Assembly: GCA_950072105.1 (NCBI GenBank)
Contig: CATMOE010000048.1
Span: forward strand, 1 to 29,222
Reading direction: 5' to 3'
DNA from: an uncultured Dehalococcoidia bacterium
GTDB taxonomy: Bacteria; Chloroflexota; Dehalococcoidia; Lucifugimonadales; UBA3495
DNA length: 29,222 nt
Part shown: positions 1-9,693 of the stretch, one piece after another
Position numbering within the stretch: the first letter of the stretch is position 1
Layout of the letters: every line of letters begins with the position of its first letter
The notes under the pieces: generated by a model
Told to the model about the DNA's origin: nothing
The model's input: the letters and a program-made list of their open reading frames with translations, nothing else
Databases searched by the model: none
Translations under genes and position numbers: made by a program

Positions 1-31
1 ACCAGGAGTCCAAACCCACCACCACTCTCAT
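1..31 (-). CDS. 5' end of a divergent gene running off the window (MRVVVGLDSW...), product unknown
   Basis: Minus-strand ATG at 31-29, preceded by a GGGGAG Shine-Dalgarno (43-38); frame is open to the window edge. Confidence 0.55.
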   Translation of the reverse strand, partial: MRVVVGLDSW

Positions 32-84
32 GTTTTTCTCCCCTTAAAAGTGTCCCATTATCGCTGAACGCCTACAGAGGAACC

Positions 85-113
85 GTGCCGAATCCCACTT
101 TTCCTTATATAAT
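85..113 (+). promoter_or_regulatory. Putative sigma70-type promoter for the tkt operon
   Basis: Perfect TATAAT at 108-113; weak -35 GTGCCG at 85-90 with a 17-bp spacer; lies upstream of tkt. Confidence 0.4.
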
Positions 114-196
114 TTACCCGTCGCGGCCAAGAGTGTAACCTTGGCTGGTGGCTAGTGGGCTCAAGCTGCTAGACCGCGAATCGGAGGAGTGGAAAT

Positions 197-2215
197 ATGG
201 CCAGTCCGAAGCTGGACGAGCTTTGCATCAACACCATCAGGTTCCTTTCCGTGGACACGGTACAAAAAGCTAACTCCGGCCATCCCGGCGCGCCCATGGG
301 GGCCGCGCCGATGGCGTACGTACTTTGGGACCGCTTTCTCAAGCACAACCCCAGCGACCCCAGTTGGCCGGACCGGGACCGGTTCATTCTCTCGGCGGGA
401 CATGCTTCGGCTTTGTTGTATTCCTTGCTGCACCTCACCGGATATGACCTGCCCCTGGATGAGTTGAAGCAGTTTAGGCAGTGGGGCAGTAAGACACCCG
501 GCCATCCGGAGTATGGATTGACGCCTGGCGTTGAGGCCACTACCGGTCCATTGGGCCAAGGATTCGCCAACGGGGTTGGTATGGCCATCGCTGAGCGGTG
601 GCTGGCCGAACGGTACAACCGCCCCGGACACGAAATCATAAACCATCACACTTACGCCATCGTCTCCGATGGAGACCTACAAGAAGGGGTGGCCTCCGAA
701 GCGGCTTCCTTGGCGGGTACTCTGCGCCTGGGCAAGCTGATCTATCTGTACGACGACAACGACATTTCCATCGAAGGCGACACCGATATCTCCTTCACCG
801 AGAACGTTGCGCAACGGTTCCAGGCTTACGGCTGGCACGTCGTAGGTCCCATCGAAGGTATGGACCGAGCCGCCGTGGACGCGGCGATCCGGGAGGCCCA
901 AGCGGAGACTGCCCGCCCTAGCCTGATCGTTTGCCGCACCGTGATAGGCTACGGAAGCCCCAACAAAGCCGGCACCGGCTCGGCTCACGGAGAGCCTCTG
1001 GGCCAAGAAGAAATTCTTCTGACCAGGGAGCGGCTGGGTTGGCCCTACGAAGAGCCCTTTACGATTCCCGAAGAAGCTCAGACCCACTTCTCCCTGGCGG
1101 GAGATAGGGGCCGTGGCAGCCAGGAAGAATGGCAATCCCGGATGGAGGATTACCGCCGGGAATATCCCGGCGAAGCTGCCCAGCTTGAAGCAGCATTAAC
1201 TGGGAATCTGCCTGAAGGATGGGACCAAGAGTTGGGCGGACTGTTTGACGGCGCGGATAGGCCGATAGCAACGCGCGACGCTTCAGGCCGGGTGATGAAC
1301 GCCATCGCGGAACGGGTGGATTTCCTTATTGGGGGTTCGGCCGATCTGGCCCCCTCCACCCGAACGATTCTAAACGGCCAGGGTCACTACAGTGCTGAGG
1401 AGTACGGCGGTCACAACATGCACTTCGGCGTTCGAGAGCACGCCATGGGGTCCGTCGCCAACGGAATGGCGCTCCACGGCGGCGCGATTCCTTATACGGC
1501 CACCTTCCTGCTCTTTTCCGATTACATGCGCCCTCCCATCCGCCTCGCCGCGTTGATGGACCTGAGGGTGGTGTTCATATTCACACATGATTCCATCGGT
1601 CTGGGAGAAGACGGGCCAACCCACCAGCCCATCGAACAACTCTTGGGCCTTCGCGCTGTTCCAAACGTGGTGGTATTACGTCCTGCCGACGCTACTGAAA
1701 CCGCCGAGGCGTGGAAGGTTGCCTTGGAACGCCGCACCGGACCCACCGTGATGGTCATGGGACGGCAAAACCTTCCGGTGTTGAATCGCGAGACCTATGC
1801 TGAGGCGTCGGGAGTCCAGCGAGGGGGGTACGTCCTTTGGGAGAGTTCTGAAGATCCGGCAGCCATACTGATAGGCACCGGCTCCGAGGTACACATCGCA
1901 TTGGACGCGGCAAAAATATTAGAGGAAAAGGGCATATCGTCCCGGGTAGTCTCGCTGCCTTCTTGGGAACTGTTTGATGAACAACTTGCTGACTATCGGG
2001 AGCGCGTTTTGCCATCCAACATCCGGGCGAGGGTCTCGATTGAAGCGGCTACGCCCATGGGATGGGACCGATATGTTGGCGCCGACGGCGTTACATTAGG
2101 AATCTCCCACTTCGGCGCGTCGGCTCCCGCCGGAATCATTTATGAGAAGTTCGGCCTCACCGCCCAACACATGGCGGATGAAGCAGAATCCTTGGTGAAA
2201 CGGAATAAAAGCTGA
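197..2215 (+). CDS. tkt: Transketolase
   Basis: 672 aa; [30 protein letters not shown], ThDP motif SDGDLQEG...[37 protein letters not shown]. Confidence 0.98.
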   Translation: MASPKLDELCINTIRFLSVDTVQKANSGHPGAPMGAAPMAYVLWDRFLKHNPSDPSWPDRDRFILSAGHASALLYSLLHLTGYDLPLDELKQFRQWGSKTPGHPEYGLTPGVEATTGPLGQGFANGVGMAIAERWLAERYNRPGHEIINHHTYAIVSDGDLQEGVASEAASLAGTLRLGKLIYLYDDNDISIEGDTDISFTENVAQRFQAYGWHVVGPIEGMDRAAVDAAIREAQAETARPSLIVCRTVIGYGSPNKAGTGSAHGEPLGQEEILLTRERLGWPYEEPFTIPEEAQTHFSLAGDRGRGSQEEWQSRMEDYRREYPGEAAQLEAALTGNLPEGWDQELGGLFDGADRPIATRDASGRVMNAIAERVDFLIGGSADLAPSTRTILNGQGHYSAEEYGGHNMHFGVREHAMGSVANGMALHGGAIPYTATFLLFSDYMRPPIRLAALMDLRVVFIFTHDSIGLGEDGPTHQPIEQLLGLRAVPNVVVLRPADATETAEAWKVALERRTGPTVMVMGRQNLPVLNRETYAEASGVQRGGYVLWESSEDPAAILIGTGSEVHIALDAAKILEEKGISSRVVSLPSWELFDEQLADYRERVLPSNIRARVSIEAATPMGWDRYVGADGVTLGISHFGASAPAGIIYEKFGLTAQHMADEAESLVKRNKS

Positions 2216-2304
2216 ACAGAACGCCCTGGGGCCTCGTAGGCCGGCTCTTGGTAGACCGGTCCGGCCTCCCACAGACGCATATCCGGAACGGGAAGGTCTC
2301 TCTG

Positions 2305-3942
2305 ATGACCTCACAACACGAACATCCAGGAGCTAGTCTCGGGGATTACCTGGCCGGCGTAGAATCTGCGCTGTCCGGCCTACAAAGCCGCCGGGTTATT
2401 TCCCGTATCTGGAGCGGGGACCATACAGTATGGAAGCCGGACCCCACCGAGATTACCAACCGTTTGGGGTGGCTCACGGTCACCGATGCCATGCGTGTGC
2501 AAACGCCGGCCATGCAGGCGTTGGCCCAGGAGGTTCGCGACGCCGGCATCCGCCACGTTGTTCTGCTGGGAATGGGGGGTAGCAGTTTGGGTCCGGAAGT
2601 GCTGCGTCAGACCTTCAGCAGCGCTCCCGGCTATCCCGAATTAATCGTTTTGGACTCCACGGTTCCCCGTTGGGTGCAGTCGGTAACCGATGCTATCGAT
2701 CCGGCGCACACCCTCTTTCTGGTTTCTTCTAAGTCCGGCTCGACCACCGAGCCCAACATGTTTTACGACTACTTTAGGGGCTTGGTGGAGAAAGCCGCCG
2801 GAAAGGATGGCGCCGGTCAACATTTCATTGCTGTAACCGACTCTGGTACCTCACTGGAGAAGCTGGCGATAGATCAAGGATTCCGCCGGGTCTTCGCCAA
2901 TCCCCCGGAGATCGGCGGGCGTTATTCCGTGCTGTCCTACTTCGGCCTGGTCCCGGCGGCGCTGATCGGACTAGACCTATCGAGATTGATCGACCGGGCC
3001 GACCGGATGCGGGAAGAGACAGTTTCCACAGTTACGGTCCAAGAGAATCCTGGGGCCTGGCTCGGAGCGGTGATGGGTGTCCTGGCGCAACAGGGGCGGG
3101 ACAAGCTCACCTTGGTCACATCGCCTTCGATCGGCAGCTTTGGGTTGTGGGTGGAGCAACTCATCGCGGAAAGCACCGGCAAGGAAGGACTAGGCATCAT
3201 TCCGGTGGCGGGAGAGCCATTGGCGTCCCCGAACCATTATGGCGGCGACCGCCTATTCGTCTACCTGCGTCTGGATGGCGACGAAAACGATGAATCCGAC
3301 AGAGCGGTACAAGCCATCCAGGAGTCGGGACAGCCATTGGTGCGATTGAATCTAAGGGACAAGTACGACGTGGGCGCCGAGTTTTTCCGTTGGGAAATGG
3401 CTACGGCTGTCGCCGGCTCCATCTTGGGCATAAATCCCTTTGACCAGCCGAACGTGCAAGCGGCTAAGGACATGACCGACAGTGTATTGGGCCAGTTTGA
3501 AAGGTCAGGCGAGCTTCCGCCGATGGAGGTGTCGTCATCTTTGGGCGATCTGCTGTCCCAGGCCGGACCGGGCGACTACCTGGTCATTATGGCCTACATC
3601 CGGCAGACGCCCCAAGTCGATCAAGCCTTGGACGACCTGCGGCGTAAGGTGACCGAGAGGCACGGCATCGCGACAACCATGGGATACGGCCCTCGTTTTC
3701 TGCATTCCACCGGCCAGCTCCACAAGGGCGGTCCAGGGTCCGGACTATTCTTGCAACTTACAGGGGAACACGCCCACGATCTAACGATTCCCGGCGCCCC
3801 ATACAGCTTCGGCGTGCTGGCGGATAGTCAGGCCGTGGGAGACTTGCAGGCGCTGCTGGCTTCGCGACGCCGGGCCGTCCGGGTTGATCTGGGAACGAAC
3901 CCGGAAGCCGCCATACGCGGGATGGCCGGCGAAGTGGCCTGA
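2305..3942 (+). CDS. pgi: Glucose-6-phosphate isomerase (resembles the PGI half of Tal-Pgi fusion proteins)
   Basis: LLGMGGSSLG, SSKSGSTTE, IGGRYSVLS, EQLIAESTGK, INPFDQPNVQ, GPRFLHSTGQLHKGGP; start moved to ATG 2305 because of a GGAAGG SD at 2291-2296. Confidence 0.9.
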   Translation: MTSQHEHPGASLGDYLAGVESALSGLQSRRVISRIWSGDHTVWKPDPTEITNRLGWLTVTDAMRVQTPAMQALAQEVRDAGIRHVVLLGMGGSSLGPEVLRQTFSSAPGYPELIVLDSTVPRWVQSVTDAIDPAHTLFLVSSKSGSTTEPNMFYDYFRGLVEKAAGKDGAGQHFIAVTDSGTSLEKLAIDQGFRRVFANPPEIGGRYSVLSYFGLVPAALIGLDLSRLIDRADRMREETVSTVTVQENPGAWLGAVMGVLAQQGRDKLTLVTSPSIGSFGLWVEQLIAESTGKEGLGIIPVAGEPLASPNHYGGDRLFVYLRLDGDENDESDRAVQAIQESGQPLVRLNLRDKYDVGAEFFRWEMATAVAGSILGINPFDQPNVQAAKDMTDSVLGQFERSGELPPMEVSSSLGDLLSQAGPGDYLVIMAYIRQTPQVDQALDDLRRKVTERHGIATTMGYGPRFLHSTGQLHKGGPGSGLFLQLTGEHAHDLTIPGAPYSFGVLADSQAVGDLQALLASRRRAVRVDLGTNPEAAIRGMAGEVA

Positions 3943-4016
3943 TTTATGACGCCGGTCAACTTGTGGCCCTAGCCGGTTAAGACGATCAGCGTAGATTTTA
4001 TGCGGGGGATTGAGTA

Positions 4017-4765
4017 GTGATCAGTGCAATCATATTCGATCTGGACGGCACGCTGGTGCAATCAGAGAAGCTGAAGGCCCAGTCCTACGCTATCGCCGTG
4101 CAACGGATGAGGGGCTTAGACGAACCTGAGCCCCGAGCCATCGAAGCCTACCGGGAGATCGTGGCTCCGCCCGGGAAGTCGCGACCCGCCACATCATCGA
4201 GAACCTAGGCCTTGAATCTGAGCTGCGGCCATTGATGGCGGAACATGGCGCTAGCGAACCTTGGGAAGTGCTGGCGGGGATGCGGACGGAGATTTACAAC
4301 AACATGGTAGAGGACCCCCAAGTCCTTCGAGACAACCAATGGCCTCATACCATCGGACTGTTGCGAGTAGCCCGTGAGACCTTTTGCCGGACCGCCTTGG
4401 CAACCATGTCCTACCGCAAAGAGGCGTTGCATGTGTTGAGGTCGTTGGGGATCGAGGACTCCTTGGACGAGGTATTAACTCGCGAGGACGTGCAAAATCC
4501 CAAACCAGACCCGGAGATCTACTTTCTGGCCGCCCAGAAGCTTGAGGTCCAGCCTCAAGATTGCCTGGTGCTGGAAGATTCGCCCAACGGGGTACAGGCC
4601 GGGGTCGCCGCGGGCATGAACGTGATTGCGGTGGCGACTCCTTTCACCATCGCGGGTCTCCATTCCAGCCAGGTGTTGGAACACGCTTGGATGGTCCACG
4701 ACCCCGAAATGCTGCTTGAAGTAGTGGAAGAAAGAATCGCGGCGCACAACCGGGAATCGCACTGA
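4017..4765 (+). pseudogene. HAD-family phosphatase (beta-phosphoglucomutase-like), split by a 1-nt frameshift at about 4163 (pseudogene or sequencing error)
   Basis: ORF 4017-4208 carries motif I (FDLDGTL); ORF 4232-4765 carries KPDPEIY and LEDSPNGV; adding one G to GTGG at 4161-4164 gives a continuous 249-aa frame (..EIVGSAREVATRHIIENLGLE..). Confidence 0.85.
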
Positions 4766-4820
4766 AAAACCGCCGGTAAAGCAACCGTTTAAAGTAAATC
4801 ACAAGATAGGGGGCAACAAC

Positions 4821-5753
4821 ATGGAGATTGGCATGATCGGCCTGGGACGAATGGGCGGAAACATGGTGCAACGGTTGCTGAACGGCGGGCACCGTGTGGT
4901 GACCTACGACCGAAGCGCCGAAGCGGTTGCCGCCAGCCAGTCTCAGGGTGCGGTTGGCGCGTCCTCTGTCGAGGAACTGGTCGGTTTCCTGTCCGCCCCC
5001 AAGGCTGTTTGGGTGATGGTGCCCTTCGGCCAACCAACCGAGGATACTATCGATAGCCTCATACCCTTCCTCTCAGCCGGGGATACGGTCTTGGACGGCG
5101 GCAACGCCAACTACAAGGACAGTATGAGGCGGGCGGAGAAGCTAGCCGGCCATGGCATAGATTTCATGGACGTTGGCACCAGCGGCGGCATCTGGGGGTT
5201 GGTCGAAGGCTACGCCTTGATGATTGGCGGAAAAAAGGAAGTGTTTCAACGGCTGGAGCCCATTTTCCAGACACTAGCTCCCGCCAAGGACCAGGGTCTG
5301 AGCCACGTGGGACCCGCGGGCGCCGGCCATTTTGTGAAGATGATACATAACGGAGTCGAGTACGGCATGATGCAGGCTTATGCCGAGGGCTTCGAAATCA
5401 TGGAAGCCAAGAAGGAGTTTAACTTGGACCTTGGCCAGATCGCCGAAGGCTGGCGCTACGGAAGTGTAGTGCGCTCCTGGCTTCTGGACCTGGCCGCCGC
5501 GGCGCTAGAGGAGGATCCCAAACTCGAAAGCCTGGAAGCTTACGTCGACGATTCCGGTGAGGGCCGCTGGACCGTCCAGGAATCCATAGACCTGGCCGTG
5601 CCTGCTCCGGTCATAACTCTTTCGCTGCAGCAGCGCTTCCGCTCTCGCCAGGAGAGCCCTTTTGGCGCCAAGATGCTGGCCGCCTTGCGCAACCAATTCG
5701 GAGGTCACGCAGTGCGGCCCGCTCAAGCCGAATCAGAAGGGGGGACAGACTGA
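4821..5753 (+). CDS. gnd: 6-phosphogluconate dehydrogenase, decarboxylating (short YqeC-type)
   Basis: 310 aa; IGLGRMGGNM Rossmann motif, DGGN, DVGTSGG, GAGHFVKMIHNGVEYG, DSGEGRWTV, LRNQFGGH. Confidence 0.96.
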   Translation: MEIGMIGLGRMGGNMVQRLLNGGHRVVTYDRSAEAVAASQSQGAVGASSVEELVGFLSAPKAVWVMVPFGQPTEDTIDSLIPFLSAGDTVLDGGNANYKDSMRRAEKLAGHGIDFMDVGTSGGIWGLVEGYALMIGGKKEVFQRLEPIFQTLAPAKDQGLSHVGPAGAGHFVKMIHNGVEYGMMQAYAEGFEIMEAKKEFNLDLGQIAEGWRYGSVVRSWLLDLAAAALEEDPKLESLEAYVDDSGEGRWTVQESIDLAVPAPVITLSLQQRFRSRQESPFGAKMLAALRNQFGGHAVRPAQAESEGGTD

Positions 5754-7228
5754 TGGCCGGCCATCCCACAACCATCGTGATCTTCGGCGCCACCGGTGAT
5801 CTTACCCGGAGAAAGTTGATCCCGGCGCTGTTCCAGTTGGCGTGCAAAGGACGATTGCCCGATCCACTGCGCATCGTTGGCTTTGGCCGCCGGGATTACT
5901 CTGACGACCGGTTTCGGGAGTTCATGGGAGAGGGCGTCCAGGAATTTGGCCAATTCGCGGGACGCACCGGCGAGTGGGACACGTTTGCCAGAAGCATCTC
6001 CTATTTCCAGGGCGATCTGGAAACACCGGAAGACTATGTTCGGCTCAAGCAAACGTTGGAGGACTCCGAAGGCAGCGGTGGCGGGCACCGGCTGTTCTAC
6101 CTATCGATCGCTCCCAGGTATTTCGGAAGTACGATAGCCAACTTGGGCAGTTCAGGTCTAGGGAGAGACGAGGGAGGATGGCGCCGGGTGGTGATCGAAA
6201 AACCCTTTGGGCATGACCTGGAGGCCGCTCAGTCCTTGAACCGGGCGGTGCATAACGTATTCGATGAAGAACAGGTATACCGGATAGACCATTACTTGGG
6301 TAAGGAGACGGTGCAGAATATCTTGGTGTTCAGATTTGGCAACCGGATATTCGAGCCCATCTGGAACCGGGAGCACGTGGACAACGTGCAGATCACCGCG
6401 GCGGAAACTGTTTCGGTCGGCGACCGGGCCGGATACTACGACCAATCAGGGGTCGTCCGCGACATGGTGCAGAACCACTTGCTCCAGTTGCTAACCATGG
6501 TCGCAATGGAACCGCCTAGCACGATGGACGCCGAATCTCTCCGAAACCACAAGGTGGACGTGCTCCGGGCGATCCGCCGGTGGACCCCCGAGGAAAGGGC
6601 GCTAAATACTACTTTGGGTCAGTACCGGGGATACCACGACGAAAATGGCGTCGCGCCGGGCTCGGACACCCCAACCTACGCCGCGTTGCGGCTGTTCGTA
6701 GACAACTGGCGCTGGCAGGGCGTGCCATTCTACCTGCGGACCGGAAAATCCATGGCGGACAAGGCAACCGAGATCGTAGTTCAGTTCCGGCGTCCGCCTC
6801 ACATGATGTTTTCCGGGGCGCAGGATCAAGAAAACAGCCCCAATATGCTCTCCATGAGTCTTCAGCCGGATGAAGGTGTTCACCTGAAGTTTGGCGTTAA
6901 GGTGCCGGACGAAGGCATGGCCATGGTGTCGAAAGACATGTCGTTTCACTATGATTCCGCTTTCAAAGACCAGGCCATTCCAGAAGCCTACGAGCGGCTG
7001 CTTCAGGACTCCCTGGAGGGTGACGCTTCTCTATTCATCCGCAGCGACCACATCGAGGAGGCGTGGCGCATAGTCGCCCCGTTGCTGGAGGGTCAGGAAG
7101 GCGCGGGCACGCTCCGTCCTCAATCCTACGAGCCGGGGTCATGGGGTCCAGCGGCGGCCGACGGACTTTTGTCCCAACTTGGACATAAGTGGCTGGGAGT
7201 AGGGACCGATGGGAACAGACATGGCTGA
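5753..7228 (+). CDS. zwf: Glucose-6-phosphate 1-dehydrogenase
   Basis: FGATGDLT, IEKPFG, RIDHYLGKETVQN, RDMVQNHLLQ, WQGVPFYLRTGK; TGATG overlap with the gnd stop. Confidence 0.97.
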   Translation: MAGHPTTIVIFGATGDLTRRKLIPALFQLACKGRLPDPLRIVGFGRRDYSDDRFREFMGEGVQEFGQFAGRTGEWDTFARSISYFQGDLETPEDYVRLKQTLEDSEGSGGGHRLFYLSIAPRYFGSTIANLGSSGLGRDEGGWRRVVIEKPFGHDLEAAQSLNRAVHNVFDEEQVYRIDHYLGKETVQNILVFRFGNRIFEPIWNREHVDNVQITAAETVSVGDRAGYYDQSGVVRDMVQNHLLQLLTMVAMEPPSTMDAESLRNHKVDVLRAIRRWTPEERALNTTLGQYRGYHDENGVAPGSDTPTYAALRLFVDNWRWQGVPFYLRTGKSMADKATEIVVQFRRPPHMMFSGAQDQENSPNMLSMSLQPDEGVHLKFGVKVPDEGMAMVSKDMSFHYDSAFKDQAIPEAYERLLQDSLEGDASLFIRSDHIEEAWRIVAPLLEGQEGAGTLRPQSYEPGSWGPAAADGLLSQLGHKWLGVGTDGNRHG

Positions 7229-7257
7229 GATTCAGCGGCCGCGATGGCGTTAATACC

Positions 7258-7998
7258 ATGCGGGGACTTGAGGACATCGTAAACATCCCGTTCATCACCA
7301 CGGATCAGATGCGCGAAGTAGACCGGGCGATGATTGAGGACTACGGGATATCCCTGGTTCAGATGATGGAAAACGCCGGCCGCAATCTCGCCCAACTAGC
7401 TCGCGGCCGCTTTTTGCAAGGTGATCCCACCGGGCGCCGCGTCCTGGTGCTGGCCGGCAAAGGAGGCAACGGTGGCGGAGGCATGGTCTGCGCCCGCCGT
7501 CTCCACGATTGGGGAGCGGAGGTGCAGTTGTGGATGACCGCCCCAGGCAAGGAACTGGCGGGAGTGCCGTTGCAACAACTCGGCGTTCTTGAGCGTATGG
7601 GCATCCCCACGATTGCCGCGGGCGAGTCGTCAACGCTGCCACCCGCGGACCTATTGGTAGATGCCCTGATCGGTTACAGTCTGACCGGACCGCCCAGGGG
7701 CTTGGCGGCCAACCTCATCGACGCTGCCAACAACCATGGAGCGCCCATCCTGTCCCTAGACGTGCCCAGCGGGGTAGATTCGGCCACGGGAGCGGCCACA
7801 GGGTCTGTTATTCGGGCGACTGCTACGATGACGCTGGCCATGCCGAAGGTAGGATTCGAAGCTGAATCGGCTAGACGCCACATTGGAGAACTGTATCTGG
7901 CAGACATCAGCGTGCCGCCAGAACTCTACGCCAAGCCGCCTCTAAATCTCGACGTTCCAAACGTCTTCGCCGAGGATGACATCGTTCGGCTGTGGTGA
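7258..7998 (+). CDS. nnrE: NAD(P)H-hydrate epimerase (stand-alone YjeF_N domain)
   Basis: MREVDR..., MMENAGR, LAGKGGNGGGG, VDALIGYSL, SLDVPSG, TMTLAMPK, LYLADISVP; start placed at ATG 7258 to avoid overlap with zwf (exact start uncertain). Confidence 0.85.
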   Translation: MRGLEDIVNIPFITTDQMREVDRAMIEDYGISLVQMMENAGRNLAQLARGRFLQGDPTGRRVLVLAGKGGNGGGGMVCARRLHDWGAEVQLWMTAPGKELAGVPLQQLGVLERMGIPTIAAGESSTLPPADLLVDALIGYSLTGPPRGLAANLIDAANNHGAPILSLDVPSGVDSATGAATGSVIRATATMTLAMPKVGFEAESARRHIGELYLADISVPPELYAKPPLNLDVPNVFAEDDIVRLW

Positions 7999-8015
7999 TT
8001 TTCGCTTAGTTAGTC

Positions 8016-8825
8016 CTACGCTGCGGTTACGATATGCCCGCGAATCTTCCCGGTAACCGCGCCGCCGCCGAAGCGCGCCGCGATGGCTTTGGTTGCTTCA
8101 TCGGTCACATGATCAAGTAGGCTGGCGTCCCGGGATTCGATCTCGTTTCGCAGGGGAGTGCCCTGACAATATGCGACGGCGGGATGCCGTGGGGACGGCG
8201 CAGTGCTTGTTTCTTCCAGTGTGTCGAACGAGATTTCGAAAAAACCGGCCGATATCAACTCGTCGTATATCAGTTCAAAGTCATAATAACCGTGGGGAGT
8301 TCGCGCCATAAAACGAGGCGGGTCATTAGGGAATACGGTGGCTGCCGCGTGCGTCACGACATCGGCGAACTCGTTAGTTTCGATCTGGTCCCAGACATTG
8401 AAGATGAAACTGCCGCCCGGTTTAAGGACGTGCCGTGCTTCGGCATAACCGGCGACTCTGTCCGAAAAAAACATGACGCCGAATTGACAAACGACGGCAT
8501 CGAACGTGGCCTTGTTGAATGGTAAGTCCAGCGCGTCGGCCTGTTGCCATGTGATGCGGGCGTCCGGTCCTTGTTTGCTTGCGGCATGATCCAGCATCGG
8601 TTGATTTAAGTCTGTGACCGTGTAACGGGCATCTGAAGACAAACGTGGCGCCAGGGCGCGGGCCAAAACACCACTACCCGCCGCTGTTTCCAAAACCGCC
8701 TTCGGCGCCAGGGCGGCGGCCCGTTCGGCAAGATCGTTGGCGTACACCTCGAATATCAAAGGAACCAGGTAGGTGTCATAAATCTCAGGTATGGATCCTA
8801 CAAATCCGCTGTCGCTATCAGTCAT
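8016..8825 (-). CDS. Class I SAM-dependent methyltransferase (UbiE/COQ5-like)
   Basis: VLETAAGSG motif I, TDLNQPML, QADALDLPF, FDAVVCQFGVMFF, LKPGG. Confidence 0.88.
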   Translation of the reverse strand: MTDSDSGFVGSIPEIYDTYLVPLIFEVYANDLAERAAALAPKAVLETAAGSGVLARALAPRLSSDARYTVTDLNQPMLDHAASKQGPDARITWQQADALDLPFNKATFDAVVCQFGVMFFSDRVAGYAEARHVLKPGGSFIFNVWDQIETNEFADVVTHAAATVFPNDPPRFMARTPHGYYDFELIYDELISAGFFEISFDTLEETSTAPSPRHPAVAYCQGTPLRNEIESRDASLLDHVTDEATKAIAARFGGGAVTGKIRGHIVTAA

Positions 8826-8966
8826 TTCGTCCTAAGAATACAACAAAATACCTACGATGCGACAGCTGGAATCAGAAAAGATATTTCATGGTAGGAACCA
8901 CCGGAGTTCTGCCGGTGCTGTGGTTTAGGCGCTTGGGGTATCAGGCGTAAATCTGAATTCGGGACT

Positions 8967-9437
8967 TTACGGAACGTTGACCAGGATCACGCAGAGACCG
9001 TTGGCGCGGTCATTACCCCTCTCCCCGTCGCACAGATCGTCACCATCGCCGCCTCCGAGGAAGTCGTCTCCCTTGCCCCCCAGGAGTTGATCACCTTCGT
9101 CGGCACCGCCCCACAGCACATCGTCGCCGTTGCCGCCGTTTATCCGGTCGGCGCCACCCCTTCCCCTCAGTACATCGTCGCCGTTGCCGCCACAGATAAT
9201 GTCATCGCCTCCCTGTCCCAAGATGACATCGTTCCCATTTAGCCCGAAAATCACATCAGCATCGGATGTACCGACGATTTGGTCATCCCCGTTGGTTCCG
9301 AGAATATGGGCCGGATCATTGACGTCATAGGTCACACCAAAACAAGTGGGCAAGCCATCGGCGGCAAAAGCCGTTGATTGCAACACCAGCATTCCCGCCA
9401 AAGTCAAAGTGAAAATCATCATAAATACCGCACGCAT
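8967..9437 (-). CDS. Secreted hemolysin-type (RTX-like GGxGxD) calcium-binding repeat protein
   Basis: Sec-type signal peptide ending AFA; many nonapeptide repeats (GGNGDDVLR, GGKGDDFLG); ATG 9437 has a GGGAGGA SD. Confidence 0.85.
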   Translation of the reverse strand: MRAVFMMIFTLTLAGMLVLQSTAFAADGLPTCFGVTYDVNDPAHILGTNGDDQIVGTSDADVIFGLNGNDVILGQGGDDIICGGNGDDVLRGRGGADRINGGNGDDVLWGGADEGDQLLGGKGDDFLGGGDGDDLCDGERGNDRANGLCVILVNVP

Positions 9438-9598
9438 CTTTCGTCCTCCCAAGAGATATTTTCCAACATAACGAGGAGGGACGAATCACCATAACGGATG
9501 AATTCGAGGGTGATATAGGGATTAGTCCTTGGTGGTAGAAGGGGTGACGATGAGCTGGAATCGGACCCCATAGCTGGATGCGGTTCACGCCCTAACAG

Positions 9599-9634
9599 AA
9601 CAAAGGGCCAAGCTTGAATGCTTGGCCCTTTGTT
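9599..9634 (-). terminator. Rho-independent terminator downstream of the ThDP-enzyme gene (possibly bidirectional)
   Basis: Perfect 15-bp inverted repeat AACAAAGGGCCAAGC / GCTTGGCCCTTTGTT with a 6-nt loop; T-rich 3' ends on both strands. Confidence 0.8.
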
Positions 9635-9693
9635 GATGGCGGTGTGCGCTCCGTAGACGGGCACACGGTATGCATCTTGGCTCGGTGGTTGTG

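Noticed and set aside
161..1135. Numerous overlapping short ORFs on both strands inside tkt (and inside other genes across the window)
   Set aside because: Shadow ORFs from GC-rich codon usage, with no recognisable motifs
2248..2304. ORF-track starts at 2248, 7189, 9452, 16430, 20801 and 25690
   Set aside because: Downstream starts have better Shine-Dalgarno spacing or avoid overlaps
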